A DNA stretch of 53,618 nt from assembly GCA_023515795.1 (NCBI GenBank), contig JALGPX010000088.1:1-53618 (forward strand), written 5' to 3'. The first letter of the stretch is position 1, and each line of letters begins with the position of its first letter. The notes under the pieces were generated by a model. It ran no database searches, was not told the origin of the DNA, and saw only the letters and a program-made list of their open reading frames with translations. Source of the stretch: Amoeboaphelidium occidentale. Its lineage: Eukaryota. Shown one piece after another: positions 1 through 11,830 of this stretch. The translations under genes were made by a program, and so were the position numbers.

Positions 1-188
1 TCTAATTAAGAAACTCATTTGTGAAAAATTTTGAGGCTTGATCACGCGTTGCTTATTTTCAGGAAAATACTGTAATGACGACATTTCGGGTCAGAAAGAG
101 CAGCCGAAGATTAAGGCGATAAATAAAGAAGTAATGAAAAGTATTTGGAAATCAAATGTTTTACTCAAAAACTATTCTAACATGACCA

Positions 189-1218
189 TCAAACTGCTCC
201 ACATGAGCGAGCAAAGTTTCGATGAATTTGATGCAAAACTGTAACAAAGTTTGCTTTTCTGTCGATGCCATCAATATTCTTTAGCGTGTCTTTAGGAGAG
301 CACTTGACATCGAGAATAGAGTCATCCAGTGGATTCAGATATAATTCTACAATCATTGACTGATCCTTGTGCTTGAACGATGCTCTGACCATTGCTTCTT
401 CTGGTTTCAACTCAACCTCAAATCCAAGCAGCTGTTTCAATAGATTGTGCGCATACTCGTACCACTTCATGATAAAATCGCGCTTCTGTTGAACTATCTC
501 AGCAGATAATTGACCTTCATTCAATCTTGTTTTAACAGAATCCAAGTCCATCAGAATCTGCTCCAGCTCTTTCTTCATTTCTTCGCAAACCATATTCTGT
601 TCTTCCAAATTATAAGAAAGATCTCTTTTCTTCTTGGTCAATACTTCCAGCTTTTCAGTCTAAAAACATTAAAGAACCCCAGCGTACCACAAAGAGTTTA
701 CCGTTTCATGTAATTCAGGCTCAAGTTCTGCCAATGTTTTGCGATCAAATATCTTTAGCTCTTCATTCCACTTTTTGAATTCATCATTCTATCGCAACAG
801 AGTTAGAACTTTTACAACAGAAATGGGAAACCTTTTCTTTAATTTCCTTTTGCATTCTTACGGAATCTTCCTTTGCCTTTTGCCATTCGGAACTGAAACG
901 ATCAATATCATTCAAACAGCCTCTCATTTTATCGAACATGGCATAATTCTCTGCCAACATGACTTGTTCCAACTCAATTTCCTTATCACCAACTTCCTGT
1001 TTTCTCAAGGGCAAGTAAGAGACCATCCTCTCCTTGTACTGTAAAGCTAGCGAGGAGTTTATGAACTCCAAATATCTCCGTTTCAATTGTGTCTGGTAGA
1101 ATTGATCTTGCAAATACTTTAGCTTAGTCTTCTTTGCATTCAAAACTTCCAAGACTTCCTGGGAAGGTTCAGCTTTATGGAATTTGAATTCCGGTGGTGC
1201 GGTGTTGCTTGAGATCAT
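189..1218 (-). CDS. Coiled-coil kinetochore protein, probable Sos7/Kre28/Zwint-1 family, with C-terminal RWD-like region (3 exons)
   Basis: ORFs 784..1269 and 189..641 join in frame through GT-AG introns 831-789 (43 nt, CTAAC branch) and 701-660 (42 nt). KLKYLQDQFYQTQLKRRYLEFI and KWYEYAHNLLKQLLG resemble, from memory, the two conserved Sos7 blocks. Confidence 0.5.
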
Positions 1219-1262
1219 TGAACAAAAAGGTTGAAACAGAAAACTATCTATTTGATACACAA

Positions 1263-1823
1263 TTAACAAGCGAACAATGATGCCAAGACACCAACAAACG
1301 CAAAAGATGCCATGATACTTGGGACTAATGAGCTGCTTCCACTATCAGAGCTTCTTGGCGTAACGGTTGCAGTCGGGTTTGCAGTTGCAATAGGCCCAGT
1401 CTTTTTACCTCCAGTTGGTGAAGTCACGTTCTTTGAACCCGTTGTATCAGTTTGCTTTGCATCAACGACACCACCAGTTACAGGGAAGAATGCAGTGTAC
1501 GCAGTGATGGTGAAGTCATCAGAGCGAATACGAATAGCGTAATTCTGTTCAGGCACGTTGGTTGGGATTTTGACATCTGCAGTCAAATCATTAGGATTGA
1601 CACCAGTTTTCAACACAGCATCGACTTTCAATGCATTAGGATTACCAGACATCAATTCAATAGAAACAGTCTTCTGAGGAACATCACCATTAACAGTCCA
1701 AGCAATTTTCTGGGTAGAACCAGCCTTGAAACTTGTTGGGGACACGATAGTTAGTAATTGTACTTGGGCCAAAGACACGGAAGCAAGTAAGCCAACGAAA
1801 ACAGAGAATACATTGATTTTCAT
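1263..1823 (-). CDS. Ser/Thr-rich GPI-anchored cell-surface protein (Kre9/Knh1 N-terminal-like domain)
   Basis: N-terminal signal peptide, SPTSFKAGSTQKIAW...IELMSG...YAIRI...YTAFFPV domain, S/T-rich stalk and hydrophobic C-terminal GPI signal. Confidence 0.75.
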   Translation of the reverse strand: MKINVFSVFVGLLASVSLAQVQLLTIVSPTSFKAGSTQKIAWTVNGDVPQKTVSIELMSGNPNALKVDAVLKTGVNPNDLTADVKIPTNVPEQNYAIRIRSDDFTITAYTAFFPVTGGVVDAKQTDTTGSKNVTSPTGGKKTGPIATANPTATVTPRSSDSGSSSLVPSIMASFAFVGVLASLFAC

Positions 1824-2024
1824 TTTTATCTAAGCGATTTGTTTTGAAACAAAAAAGGAATGTGGGATGAACGGCCCACCTTTTATGCCCCAACTTGTGT
1901 TCTGTTTTCGTCCAATCAGAAGAGTCTGGAACTTGCACAAAGCAATTGAAATCACGCCACTGCCAAGAACATGTCATACACAACGAAAAATACAACTACG
2001 ACAATGATATCATATGTAACAGTT

Positions 2025-4418
2025 TCAAAAGCCTCTATTTCTTGAACATTCATCTCTGATGAGTGATACAAATCTTTCAACTTTGGTATCATCTTGTCTT
2101 GCAGTTTCAATTAACAAGAGTAATTTTTTGATTCCAATAGAGATCTTGCCTTCCAAGTCTAGAGTATTCAATAGATCAAAAGCTCTTTGCTTCTCTTCTG
2201 GTGTGAACAACTTCAATTCCTACAAAGAAAGGCAAGTTAACAAATCTTTCAAAGCGATTCAAGTTTACCATTGATACTTTTTCAATTGATTGTAATTCAC
2301 TAATGTTTGGTATTCTAATATCTGCATTGAATGCTTCTCCCATATCCATCTGATCCAAAATAGCTCTGTTTGACGTTGTGCCAACAATCAGCAGTTTTCT
2401 ATCCTAAAAGTTCAAACATCAATATTTAATTTCTCGAATATTCTTACCTTTGGTGGATTCTTTTTCAAGAGAACTAGAAGAGTCTGCAGTACACCATTGG
2501 AAAATCTTGGACCGATCGGTACATACTCCAAGATTCTTTCAATATTATCCACAACGATTACACTGAATGGAGACTTGTTGGAATCATTAAAAACTTTTGT
2601 GATTGCACCCATTTTAGCACTCTCAGACATTCCCAGCAGTGTATCAGGAGAAATCAGTTTCACAAATGGGAATTCACTAGCCATTGCAATAGTTGCTGCC
2701 AGAGCAGTTTTTCCTGAACCTGGAGGTCCGTGCAGCAGCAGACTGATTAGAGGTGTTCTCTCACTCTGTCTGACTTGATCGATAAACAGTTGTCCGTCAT
2801 CAAGAATGCGTTCAATGAATGGAGAGAAATGAATAATGCCATTCATGACACATGACTTGATCTCTGTCTCACTGAAACCGAATGCAGGTTTGACTTCATT
2901 CAAGGCATGAATGAAATCAGCACGACAAACTTTCATTTGTTCGATATCACTACTAACAGCTGCCAAAGTTCCAACTTTAACGTGCCTGTTGAATGCGAAC
3001 GAAGAAGCAGATTTCACAACACCAGCGATTTCTGCACCAGAGTAATTCTTACTCATAACCGCCAATTCACTCATATCAACATCTGTATCCAATAATTCAT
3101 TAGTCCTCATTTTCGATGTATGAATCTTCCAAATCTGTACACGACCCTTCTCATCAGGCAGACCAATTTCCATGTGAACTTCCAATCTACCTGGACGCAA
3201 CAATGCTTCATCAATCATGTCCAACCTATTAGTCATACCAATAACCAGAATATTATTCAACTGCTCAACACCATCCATCTTTGACAGCAACTGATTAACA
3301 ATAGAATCACCAACACCGGTACCATCATTCTTTGATCCTCTCTGCTTACAAATAGCATCCAATTCATCAAATATGATGATGTGCAAATCAGACTCATCAC
3401 CTCGTTGTTTGTACTCTTTTTCTGCATCAGCAAACAGCTTACGAATATTCTCTTCTGACTGACCAACATATTTGTTCAAGACTTCTGGCCCATTAACAAT
3501 TTTCGGTTCCTTAGCATTCAACATCTTTCCAATCTGCCTCGCAATCAGAGTCTTTCCTGTTCCTGGCGGCCCATACAACAGAATACCCTTAACATGCTGT
3601 ATACCCAACTTCTGCACAATCGCTGGTGGAAATATCCTAGAAGCAAAAGCACGACGAAATATAGAAGAGAACTCTGAATCCAATCCACCAATACCCAAAT
3701 CCTCAAACTTGAAATCCGGCTGAACAATAGTCGACCCCATAGCACGACCACTACCCTTCAACCTCAACACAGAATCAGGAGCCTTAACAAAAGTGACATT
3801 AGTCTGCGCCATCAAAATTCCACGAACAGGAGTTGCAGCAGTTGAAGTAGCAGGAGTACCACCACCACCACTACTACCATTACCACCTGAATTAGCAGAT
3901 GAAGGAACACTCTTGCGTAATGACTCTAAATCTACCAACTCCACTTGCTGTACAACTAAACTGAAATTCATTCCATTGAACTCAAACAGTAATTGTTGTC
4001 CTCTAGTGAACATGTGTTGTTGACAAGCAGTACTGAACTTCTTTGACATTTCCGCCACATCGTATTCTTCCAATTGCTGAGATTGTTGAGCTTTATATTT
4101 GGCTGGATTGAAATAATCAATTTCCAATACTAATTGACTCATATAGACTGATTGTCCTTGTGCCATAATAGGATCATAAGGTTGACACTGAATAGATTCA
4201 TTAATTGATAAATTAGCCCATTTCCTTTGTACCAAAGAAGTACCACATTCTCCTTGTGCACATGAATCATCTCGAAGTATAGTAAAGACATACAACTGAT
4301 TAACCAATAGATACTTTGTAACAGAAGATTGAAAGTCATGCTTATTAACAATCAAACAATTAGTCAAAGCCAAAGCATCACTTGAAGCCTTATTAACTTT
4401 CAACACAGGCGGTGCCAT
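2025..4418 (-). CDS. SEC18: Vesicle-fusing AAA ATPase NSF/Sec18 (3 exons)
   Basis: Two AAA modules (GPPGTGKT, GPPGSGKT) and the FRRAFASRIFPP signature. Introns 2447-2404 and 2268-2220 restore the frame. Confidence 0.97.
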
Positions 4419-4567
4419 TCTTGTTTGAGATGAGATTGAGTGATTGGTGAAACGAAAAGAGACAGACGAACAAAATTTTTTCTATTTCAAGAGTGATTAG
4501 ATTTCAAATTGAAATATATTCTTTCAGATTCAGATTCAGATTCAGATTCAGATTTATAAGAAGAAGA

Positions 4568-5086
4568 ATGACGTCATCATTATTCCATTGTGTCTGCAAT
4601 CTAAAGAATGGATTGATGTTTAAAAGAGGATTAATTACTTTAAGGATAACTAAATCTATTCAACCAAACAATAATCTTTTATCAACAACCCAAAAGAGAT
4701 TCTTCTACAACAACAACAACAACAACAACCATCCAATGACTAACACAAATTACACTAACCAATTCTTTTCCTATTACAGACCAATCATATCCATTCATGA
4801 TAATGATGATAAAGATAAAGTAGAAGTAATTAAAGACAACAACAACAACAACAACAACAATATGATGATGATGATGAAGAAGGATTACTCTAATTACATT
4901 CTAAAAGAATCTCCTCTACCTCTTCCTTTACCTCTTTTGGATTGTTCTTCTGTCCTTAAAAAGAGAAGAAAGAAAATGAGAAAACACAAAGACAGAAAAC
5001 GTCTAAAAGAAACAAGAGCAGAAAGAAGAAGAAAAGTCCAAAAAAGAAAAAATGATTTCCAAAAGTATTTAAACTCTGATGAATGA
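4568..5086 (+). CDS. COX24: Mitochondrial small-subunit ribosomal protein mS38 / Cox24 (DUF1713)
   Basis: C-terminal basic motif CSSVLKKRRKKMRKHKDRKRLKETRAERRR and a presequence-like N-terminus. Confidence 0.8.
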   Translation: MTSSLFHCVCNLKNGLMFKRGLITLRITKSIQPNNNLLSTTQKRFFYNNNNNNNHPMTNTNYTNQFFSYYRPIISIHDNDDKDKVEVIKDNNNNNNNNMMMMMKKDYSNYILKESPLPLPLPLLDCSSVLKKRRKKMRKHKDRKRLKETRAERRRKVQKRKNDFQKYLNSDE

Positions 5087-6248
5087 TGAATAAAGATTGG
5101 AGAAATATAAATTTTTCTTTTTCTTTTTCTTTTTCTTTTTCTAATAATAATAATAACAATAACAATAATCGATGAAGATTCATAAATTCACTATAAAAGT
5201 TCCTGCTTCTTCTGCCAATTTGGGTTCTGGATTTGATGCAATAGGAATAGCATTGAAGTTGTATTTGTACTTGGAAGTAGAATTATCTTTTGACCATTAC
5301 TCAGAAGAAGAAGAAGTGTTTAATTTAACTTTTGAATCTAAATGGAATCCTTCTTTGGAAAATCAGGTTGATTTAACTAAAGAAAATAATTTATGCATTA
5401 AAACATGTACTCAACTTTTACAACAACAACAACAACAAGAAGAACAAGAACAAGAACAAGAAGAAGAAGAACAAGAAGAAGAAAATCAGTCCATTCCTTT
5501 TCCTAATTATTTCAAATGTAGAATGATTAATGAAATACCTCTATCACGTGGATTAGGATCATCAGCAACAGCATTAGTAGCAGGAGGTTTATTAGCCCNG
5601 AAAATGAGAAAACACAAAGACAGAAAACGTCTAAAAGAAACAAGAGCAGAAAGAAGAAGAAAAGTCCAAAAAAGAAAAAATGATTTCCAAAAGTATTTAA
5701 ACTCTGATGAATGATGAATAAAGATTGGAGAAATATAAATTTTTCTTTTTCTTTTTCTTTTTCTAATAATAACAATAACAATAATAATAATAACAATAAC
5801 AATAATCGATGAAGATTCATAAATTCACTATAAAAGTTCCTGCTTCTTCTGCCAATTTGGGTTCTGGATTTGATGCAATAGGAATAGCATTGAAGTTGTA
5901 TTTGTACTTGGAAGTAGAATTATCTTTTGACCATTACTCAGAAGAAGAAGAAGTGTTTAATTTAACTTTTGAATCTAAATGGAATCCTTCTTTGGAAAAT
6001 CAGGTTGATTTAACTAAAGAAAATAATTTATGCATTAAAACATGTACTCAACTTTTACAACAACAACAACAACAACAACAAGAACAAGAACAAGAACAAG
6101 AAGAACAAGAAGAACAAGAACAAGAACAAGAAAATCAGTTCATTCCTTTTCCTAATTATTTCAAATGTAGAATGATTAATGAAATACCTCTATCACGTGG
6201 ATTAGGATCATCAGCAACAGCATTAGTAGCAGGAGGTTTATTAGCCCA
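4974..6248. repeat. N-joined tandem duplicate of the COX24 3' end plus THR1 5' part; probably two alleles written in tandem
   Basis: About 4974-5598 matches about 5600-6248 across the single N at 5599, differing mainly in microsatellite length. Confidence 0.85.
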
Positions 6249-7046
6249 AACCATAAAGAAATTATATAATGGTAATAGTTTAGTAGAGGATTATGATAAT
6301 AATAATAATAATAATAAGAAACAACAGTTATTGGAATCTCTAATCAAATATGAAAATCACATTGATAATATTGGTGCTTCATTGTATGGTGGAATATGTA
6401 TTGGATTAGTTCTTCCNAGCATTAGTAGCAGGAGGTTTATTAGCCCAAACCATAAAGAAATTATATAATGGTAATAGTTTAGTAGAGGATTATGATGATG
6501 ATGATGATAATAAGAATAAGAAACAACAGTTATTGGAATCTTTAATCAAATATGAAAATCACATTGATAATATTGGTGCTTCATTGTATGGTGGAATATG
6601 TATTGGATTAGTTCTTCCTTCGTGTGATAAAGTTCATTGTATGTCTCATTTACAATGGAATCCTTTAATTAGACTTTTACTAATTATTCCAGAAGATTAT
6701 GAATTACAAACAACTAAAGCAAGATCAGTTTTACCTAAAGACTATTCATTCCAAGATGCTGTTAGACAAGTACAAAATGTATCTCTGTTGGTATCATGTT
6801 TACTGTTACAACAGAAAGGAGGAGCAGGAGCAGGAGCAGGAGGAGAATTATTAAGTGAATCTTTCAAGGATTGTATGCATTATGCTTTAAAGGATAGATT
6901 CCATCAACCTTATAGACAACAATTAATTCCAGGTTTAGAAGAAATACTAAAGGAAGTCAATTGTAGGAAAAAGTATAAAGAATTGATTGGAATTGTGTTA
7001 TCAGGAGCAGGACCTTCAATTTTAGTATTGATGGAGAATGATGGTA

Positions 7047-7085
<39 letters not shown>

Positions 7086-7192
7086 ATGAAGTATCAGATG
7101 AGTGTGTAAAAGTATTTAAAAAGAACAACATTAAAGCAAGAGTGATGGAATTAGGAGTGGATACTAAAGGTTCTGTTGTAATGATGAAATGA
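5809..7192 (+). CDS. THR1: Homoserine kinase, split by an assembly duplication at N6417; a partial second copy lies at 5172-5598
   Basis: [42 protein letters not shown] and LSGAGPSIL motifs. 6218-6416 is repeated at 6418-6618. Confidence 0.92.
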
Positions 7193-7248
7193 TGAAATAA
7201 AGAAATAATTGAAGGGATTTTCTTTTTTCTTTTTCTTTCTTTCTAAAA

Positions 7249-7414
7249 ATGATGATGACGATGATTGACAGCAGTTTCATCCAACAATTATCTTCCAATG
7301 AAAATGTTGATAGAAACTTTATTATAAGATTTAATGAAGATTATAATTGTTTAATTATTCCTTCTTCTTCTTCTTCTTCTTCTTCTTCTAAAGATGGAGA
7401 TGGAGATGATAAAG

Positions 7415-7448
<34 letters not shown>

Positions 7449-10129
7449 ATTAAAAGAAGTTACTAAAGGAAGAAGAAATATTTTATTACTTTTCCCTTCA
7501 AAGAATTACAATTATGATTTCANGAAAATGTTGATAGAAACTTTATTATAAGATTTAATGAAGATTATAATTGTTTAATTATTCCTTCTTCTTCTTCTTC
7601 TTCTTCTTCTTCTAAAAAAGATGGAGATGGAGATGATAAAGATTATTATTATTACCATCCATTAAAAGAAGTTACTAAAGGAAGAAGAAATATTTTATTA
7701 CTTTTCCCTTCAAAGAATTACAATTATGATTTCAAAAGAGAAAAGAGAGTCTATAAACACTATGGAATAATTAAAGTGGGAGAATTTATAACTTTAAAAC
7801 AAGGTTCTATTCAATCTACTAATAATAGTAATAGTAATAATAATAATAATAGTAATAATAATAATGATTATTGTACTCAAGTGGATTTACTCAATCAACT
7901 CAATCAGTTGAATCTCTTGAATGAATATGATTTATTTATATGTTCTTCTTCTTCTTCTTCTTCTTCTGTTGTAGAAGATTGTTTGTATTTGGGTTTAGTT
8001 AAGGAATCTACTTTTATTATTGATGATGATGATGATGATGATGATGATGCTATTACTGTTGTTAATGTACAATTATCTCCTACTACTACTACTACTACTA
8101 CTACTACTCCTACTACTACTCCTACTACTACTCCTACTACAAGAACATTTGAAAAGAAGATTTATAGTTTGGGAGACAGATTGCAGTTTACTATACAAAA
8201 TGATTTACTTGTTGGAATAAGAATCAAAGATATTCCTTCTTCTTTTAAAAATGATGATTTGGATTATTTGATTGTGTTAAATAAGATTAGACTGAAACAA
8301 AAGACTATTAAAGATTTACCATTTAAAACTTCTTGTTCTTCTTCTTCTTCTTCTTATAAATTGGAAGGAATATCATGTGATCCTTTAAAGTATTTATCCA
8401 CTGTAGATGATGATGATGACAATGGAGATGATGATGTCTGTTGTGTATTGTTTTCTGTATTGCAGATGGCTGTTTCTTTGGAAGATTTGTATTCATTTCT
8501 GTTTTATTTCTTCAACACTATTCTTCTTAATAATAATAATAATAATAATTCTTCTTCTTCTTCTTCTTCTTCTGTTGTAGAAGATTGTTTGTATTTGGGT
8601 TTAGTTAAGGAATCTACTTTTATTATTGATGATAATGATGATGATGATGATGCTATTACTGTTGTTAATGTACAATTATCTCCTACTCCTACTACTACTA
8701 CTACTCCTACTACTACTCCTACTACTACTACAAGAACATTTGAAAAGAAGATTTATAGTTTGGGAGACAGATTGCAGTTTACTATACAAAATGATTTACT
8801 TGTTGGAATAAGAATCAAAGATATTCCTTCTTCTTTTAAAAATGATGATTTGGATTATTTGATTGTGTTAAATAAGATTAGACTGAAACAAAAGACTATT
8901 AAAGATTTACCATTTAAAACTTCTTGTTCTTGTTCTTCTTCTTCTTATAAATTGGAAGGAATATCATGTGATCCTTTAAAGTATTTATCCACTGTAGATG
9001 ATGATGATTATAATGGAGATGATGATGTCTGTTGTGTATTGTTTTCTGTATTGCAGATGGCTGTTTCTTTGGAAGATTTGTATTCATTTCTGTTTTATTT
9101 CTTCAACACTATTCTTCTTAATAATAATAATAATAATAATTCTTCTTCTTCTTCTTCTTCTTCTATAAATCTTTTTCATTTGGATTCTGATAATTCTACT
9201 GAATTGGGTCAGTTGATTAAAAGTTGTTTGAAATTGAATTATTATTTGGATTATAATGAATATCAGGATTCTATTAAAAGAATACAAGAACAAATTGACT
9301 CTTTACTATCATCAGTAGAACAACAAGATGCTGATAAAATGGTTGAATTATTGGTTGAGATTGGATTGTATAAATTGAAGAGAAGTTTCATTAGTTTAAA
9401 CAACAGCAACAACAACAGCAACAGCAACAGCAAGAAGAAGAAGAAATATAAAAGATTTGTGGAGTGTGAGTCTAGTACTTCAGAGAGTATTTTCAGATTG
9501 GTGTTGTNNNNNNNNNNNNNNATTATTATTTGGATTATAATGAATATCAGGATTCTATTAAAAGAATACAAGAACAAATTGACTCTTTACTATCATCAGT
9601 AGAACAACAAGATGCTGATAAAATGGTTGAATTATTGGTTGAGATTGGATTGTATAAATTGAAGAGAAGTTTCATTAGTTTAAACAACAGCAACAACAAC
9701 AACAACAGCAAGAAGAAGAAGAAATATAAAAGATTTGTGGAGTGTGAGTCTAGTACTTCAGAGAGTATTTTCAGATTGGTGTTGTTGTTGCAGAGAGTTT
9801 TAGTATTGAGGGAATATGTAGAAGAGGAATTGAAAGAGTTTATTGGGAGTATTGGCTATGATTTAGAAGGATTTTTGGATTCTGTTGAGGAATATTCTTT
9901 GGCGTATTGGAGTGAGAGAATGTTGGATGGAGAGTTTATGGATTATAATGAAGAGTATTTCATTGATTTAGGGATGGATGATTATGGTAATTGCAATAAG
10001 TTTGTGAGGTTGTTGTATGATGAGTTGTTGTTACTAAATGATCAGCCTGATTATGAGTACTCCAAGGATATGATCAGATCAAGAAGAGAAGGATATTGTG
10101 TTTCTATTGTAAGGGATACATTTCTGTGA
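7249..10129 (+). CDS. Probable Zwilch (RZZ kinetochore complex), inflated by duplicated assembly segments
   Basis: AVSLEDLYSFLFYFF...HLDSDNSTELGQLIKS...LLVEIGLYKLKRSFIS resembles, from memory, the Zwilch C-terminal core (SYQDL...HSGSNSLLSKLI...LLEIGLDKLKKDYIS). The frame is continuous once the duplicates at N7523 and N9508-9521 are removed. Confidence 0.65.
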
Positions 10130-10148
10130 GAATAAAGAATCTATTGTA

Positions 10149-10625
10149 TTACATGTATCCTTGCTGGTGCTGCTGCTGTCCTTGAGCTACTGAAGATGGC
10201 ACAACCTTTTCTACTTTTGCTTGATCTCTAAATTTTGCCAGATACACTCTTAAAGGTTCAATGTAATTATCAAATCCCAAAGTTTGTAGAGACCATAATA
10301 GATCTTCACCTGAAATGGTCTTTCTCTTTTCTGTCAGACAACGATCTGCTGCTTCTGATGACAGGAATAAAACAAATTCTGATACACATTCTTGTATAGT
10401 CTCTTTTGCATCTTTTGAGATTTTTGCATTATCAGGCAAAGCTCTCTTCATTATCCTAGTGACATTTGCTATAGGTAATAAGCGATCTTGGTCTCTAACT
10501 TCAGGATCGCTTTGAGGTTGTTGTTGTTGAGGTTGAGGTTGAGGTTGTTGAGGTTGCTGGGAAGACATTGATGAAACTGAAAGAAGAAGGTTGATTGGAT
10601 TGGGATTGGGATTGGGATTTTCCAT
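10149..10625 (-). CDS. HAP3: CCAAT-binding factor subunit NF-YB/Hap3
   Basis: Histone fold [16 protein letters not shown]...[17 protein letters not shown]...[13 protein letters not shown]. Confidence 0.93.
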   Translation of the reverse strand: MENPNPNPNPINLLLSVSSMSSQQPQQPQPQPQQQQPQSDPEVRDQDRLLPIANVTRIMKRALPDNAKISKDAKETIQECVSEFVLFLSSEAADRCLTEKRKTISGEDLLWSLQTLGFDNYIEPLRVYLAKFRDQAKVEKVVPSSVAQGQQQHQQGYM

Positions 10626-10650
10626 ATGAATCTTATCGAATCTTTTCCTG

Positions 10651-11781
10651 ATGATGATGATGATGATGAACAATAACAATAACAATAACTATAACAATAA
10701 CTATAACTATAACCAACAACAACAACAACAACAAGAAGAAGATTACAAGAATTTATTAAAGGAACCTGAATGGACTACTTTGAGTGGGAAGGATGTTGAT
10801 TTAAAGAAATTATTAAGATGGGGATTGGAGAATGCGACAGCCAACGAAGACACCACGACCAAGACAACTCAGAATGATTTAAAAGATAAAAAGATTGATA
10901 CGAAATGGTTGGATATTATAATGGGAAAGTCTGATACTGTTCGAATGAAGGAATGCATGGAAGTTATTTTAAAAGAAGAAGAAGATTCCGATTCAGAAGA
11001 AATAGAGGATCAGCACAGGGCGTTGGATGAATTGGAATTGTTGGTTGAGGATTTGGATAATTCAAAGGATTTTGTGAGATTGAATATGTTGGATCCTTTG
11101 CTAATGTTGTTATCAAGATTGAAAAGGCAGCAAGTGAAGAAGAGTAAAATGGTTCTGGTTGGGATTTTATGGGTTATGGGTACAATGGTTCAGAATAATC
11201 CATTGGTAAAGAAGGCTTACTTGGAAAAGAATGTACTGGATTTAGTATTGGATTTATTTTTAAACGGTAGTGACACTGTTATAAGAGGAAAGTGTTTGTA
11301 TTGCATTAGTGGATTGATGAAGCATAATACTCCAGCTCAAGCACAGTTTGCGAAATTGCAAGGTTACAAGAAATTATATGAAGACGTACTAAAAACATCA
11401 TCATCATCATCATTAAGCTGCAACAACAACAACAACAACGCCCAGTTGGTACAGAAGGTTTTGTTCTTGTTTTATAATGTCATGTTGGATGATGAACAGA
11501 ATGGTGTCAAGTTGGTTGGTGGTGTAGATGAACAACGCTCTCTTGTAAAGACTCTTTTAGGATTGCTTGAAAAGTATTCCACTGTTGCAGAGAGTGAAGA
11601 AGCGACAATTTGTGCGACAATTTATAATATTCTCTTGTGTTTAAAGAAAGAGATCAAACTGATACAGCAGGAACGTGATGCTTTACGGAATAATTTATCG
11701 AAAGCTGAAGCTCGGTTTGGTCGAGATCAGTTTGATGAAGCAACGCTAAAGAGTCTGAGGGATTGGACACACTCTGAATAA
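10651..11781 (+). CDS. FES1: Hsp70 nucleotide exchange factor Fes1/HspBP1
   Basis: [26 protein letters not shown] and [11 protein letters not shown]-repeat motifs. Confidence 0.88.
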   Translation: MMMMMMNNNNNNNYNNNYNYNQQQQQQQEEDYKNLLKEPEWTTLSGKDVDLKKLLRWGLENATANEDTTTKTTQNDLKDKKIDTKWLDIIMGKSDTVRMKECMEVILKEEEDSDSEEIEDQHRALDELELLVEDLDNSKDFVRLNMLDPLLMLLSRLKRQQVKKSKMVLVGILWVMGTMVQNNPLVKKAYLEKNVLDLVLDLFLNGSDTVIRGKCLYCISGLMKHNTPAQAQFAKLQGYKKLYEDVLKTSSSSSLSCNNNNNNAQLVQKVLFLFYNVMLDDEQNGVKLVGGVDEQRSLVKTLLGLLEKYSTVAESEEATICATIYNILLCLKKEIKLIQQERDALRNNLSKAEARFGRDQFDEATLKSLRDWTHSE

Positions 11782-11830
11782 GGATAATAAATAAATGAAT
11801 GAATTAAACTGTAGCACGCTTTTATTTGTA

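Larger units (their letters stand above)
3800..11450. repeat. AT-rich domain densely packed with microsatellites, mostly trinucleotide (AAC, AAT, TCT, GAT, ACT, GAA, AGT, TAT)
   Basis: Dozens of perfect runs encode poly-N/S/D/T/Q/E/Y/M. Such runs are nearly absent elsewhere in the window. Boundaries are gradual and approximate. Confidence 0.9.

Noticed and set aside
8020..8811. Poly-Met/poly-Leu ORFs and antisense poly-Leu ORFs (4956, 5527, 6910, 9263)
   Set aside because: They are alternative-frame readings of microsatellites inside real genes.
4974..9786. Apparent tandem paralogues, frameshifts and a THR1-COX24 fusion ORF (5172..5714)
   Set aside because: The breaks at 5599, 6417, 7523 and 9508-9521 each sit on an N with near-identical sequence either side. 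This is the pattern of uncollapsed alleles, not pseudogenes or fusions.
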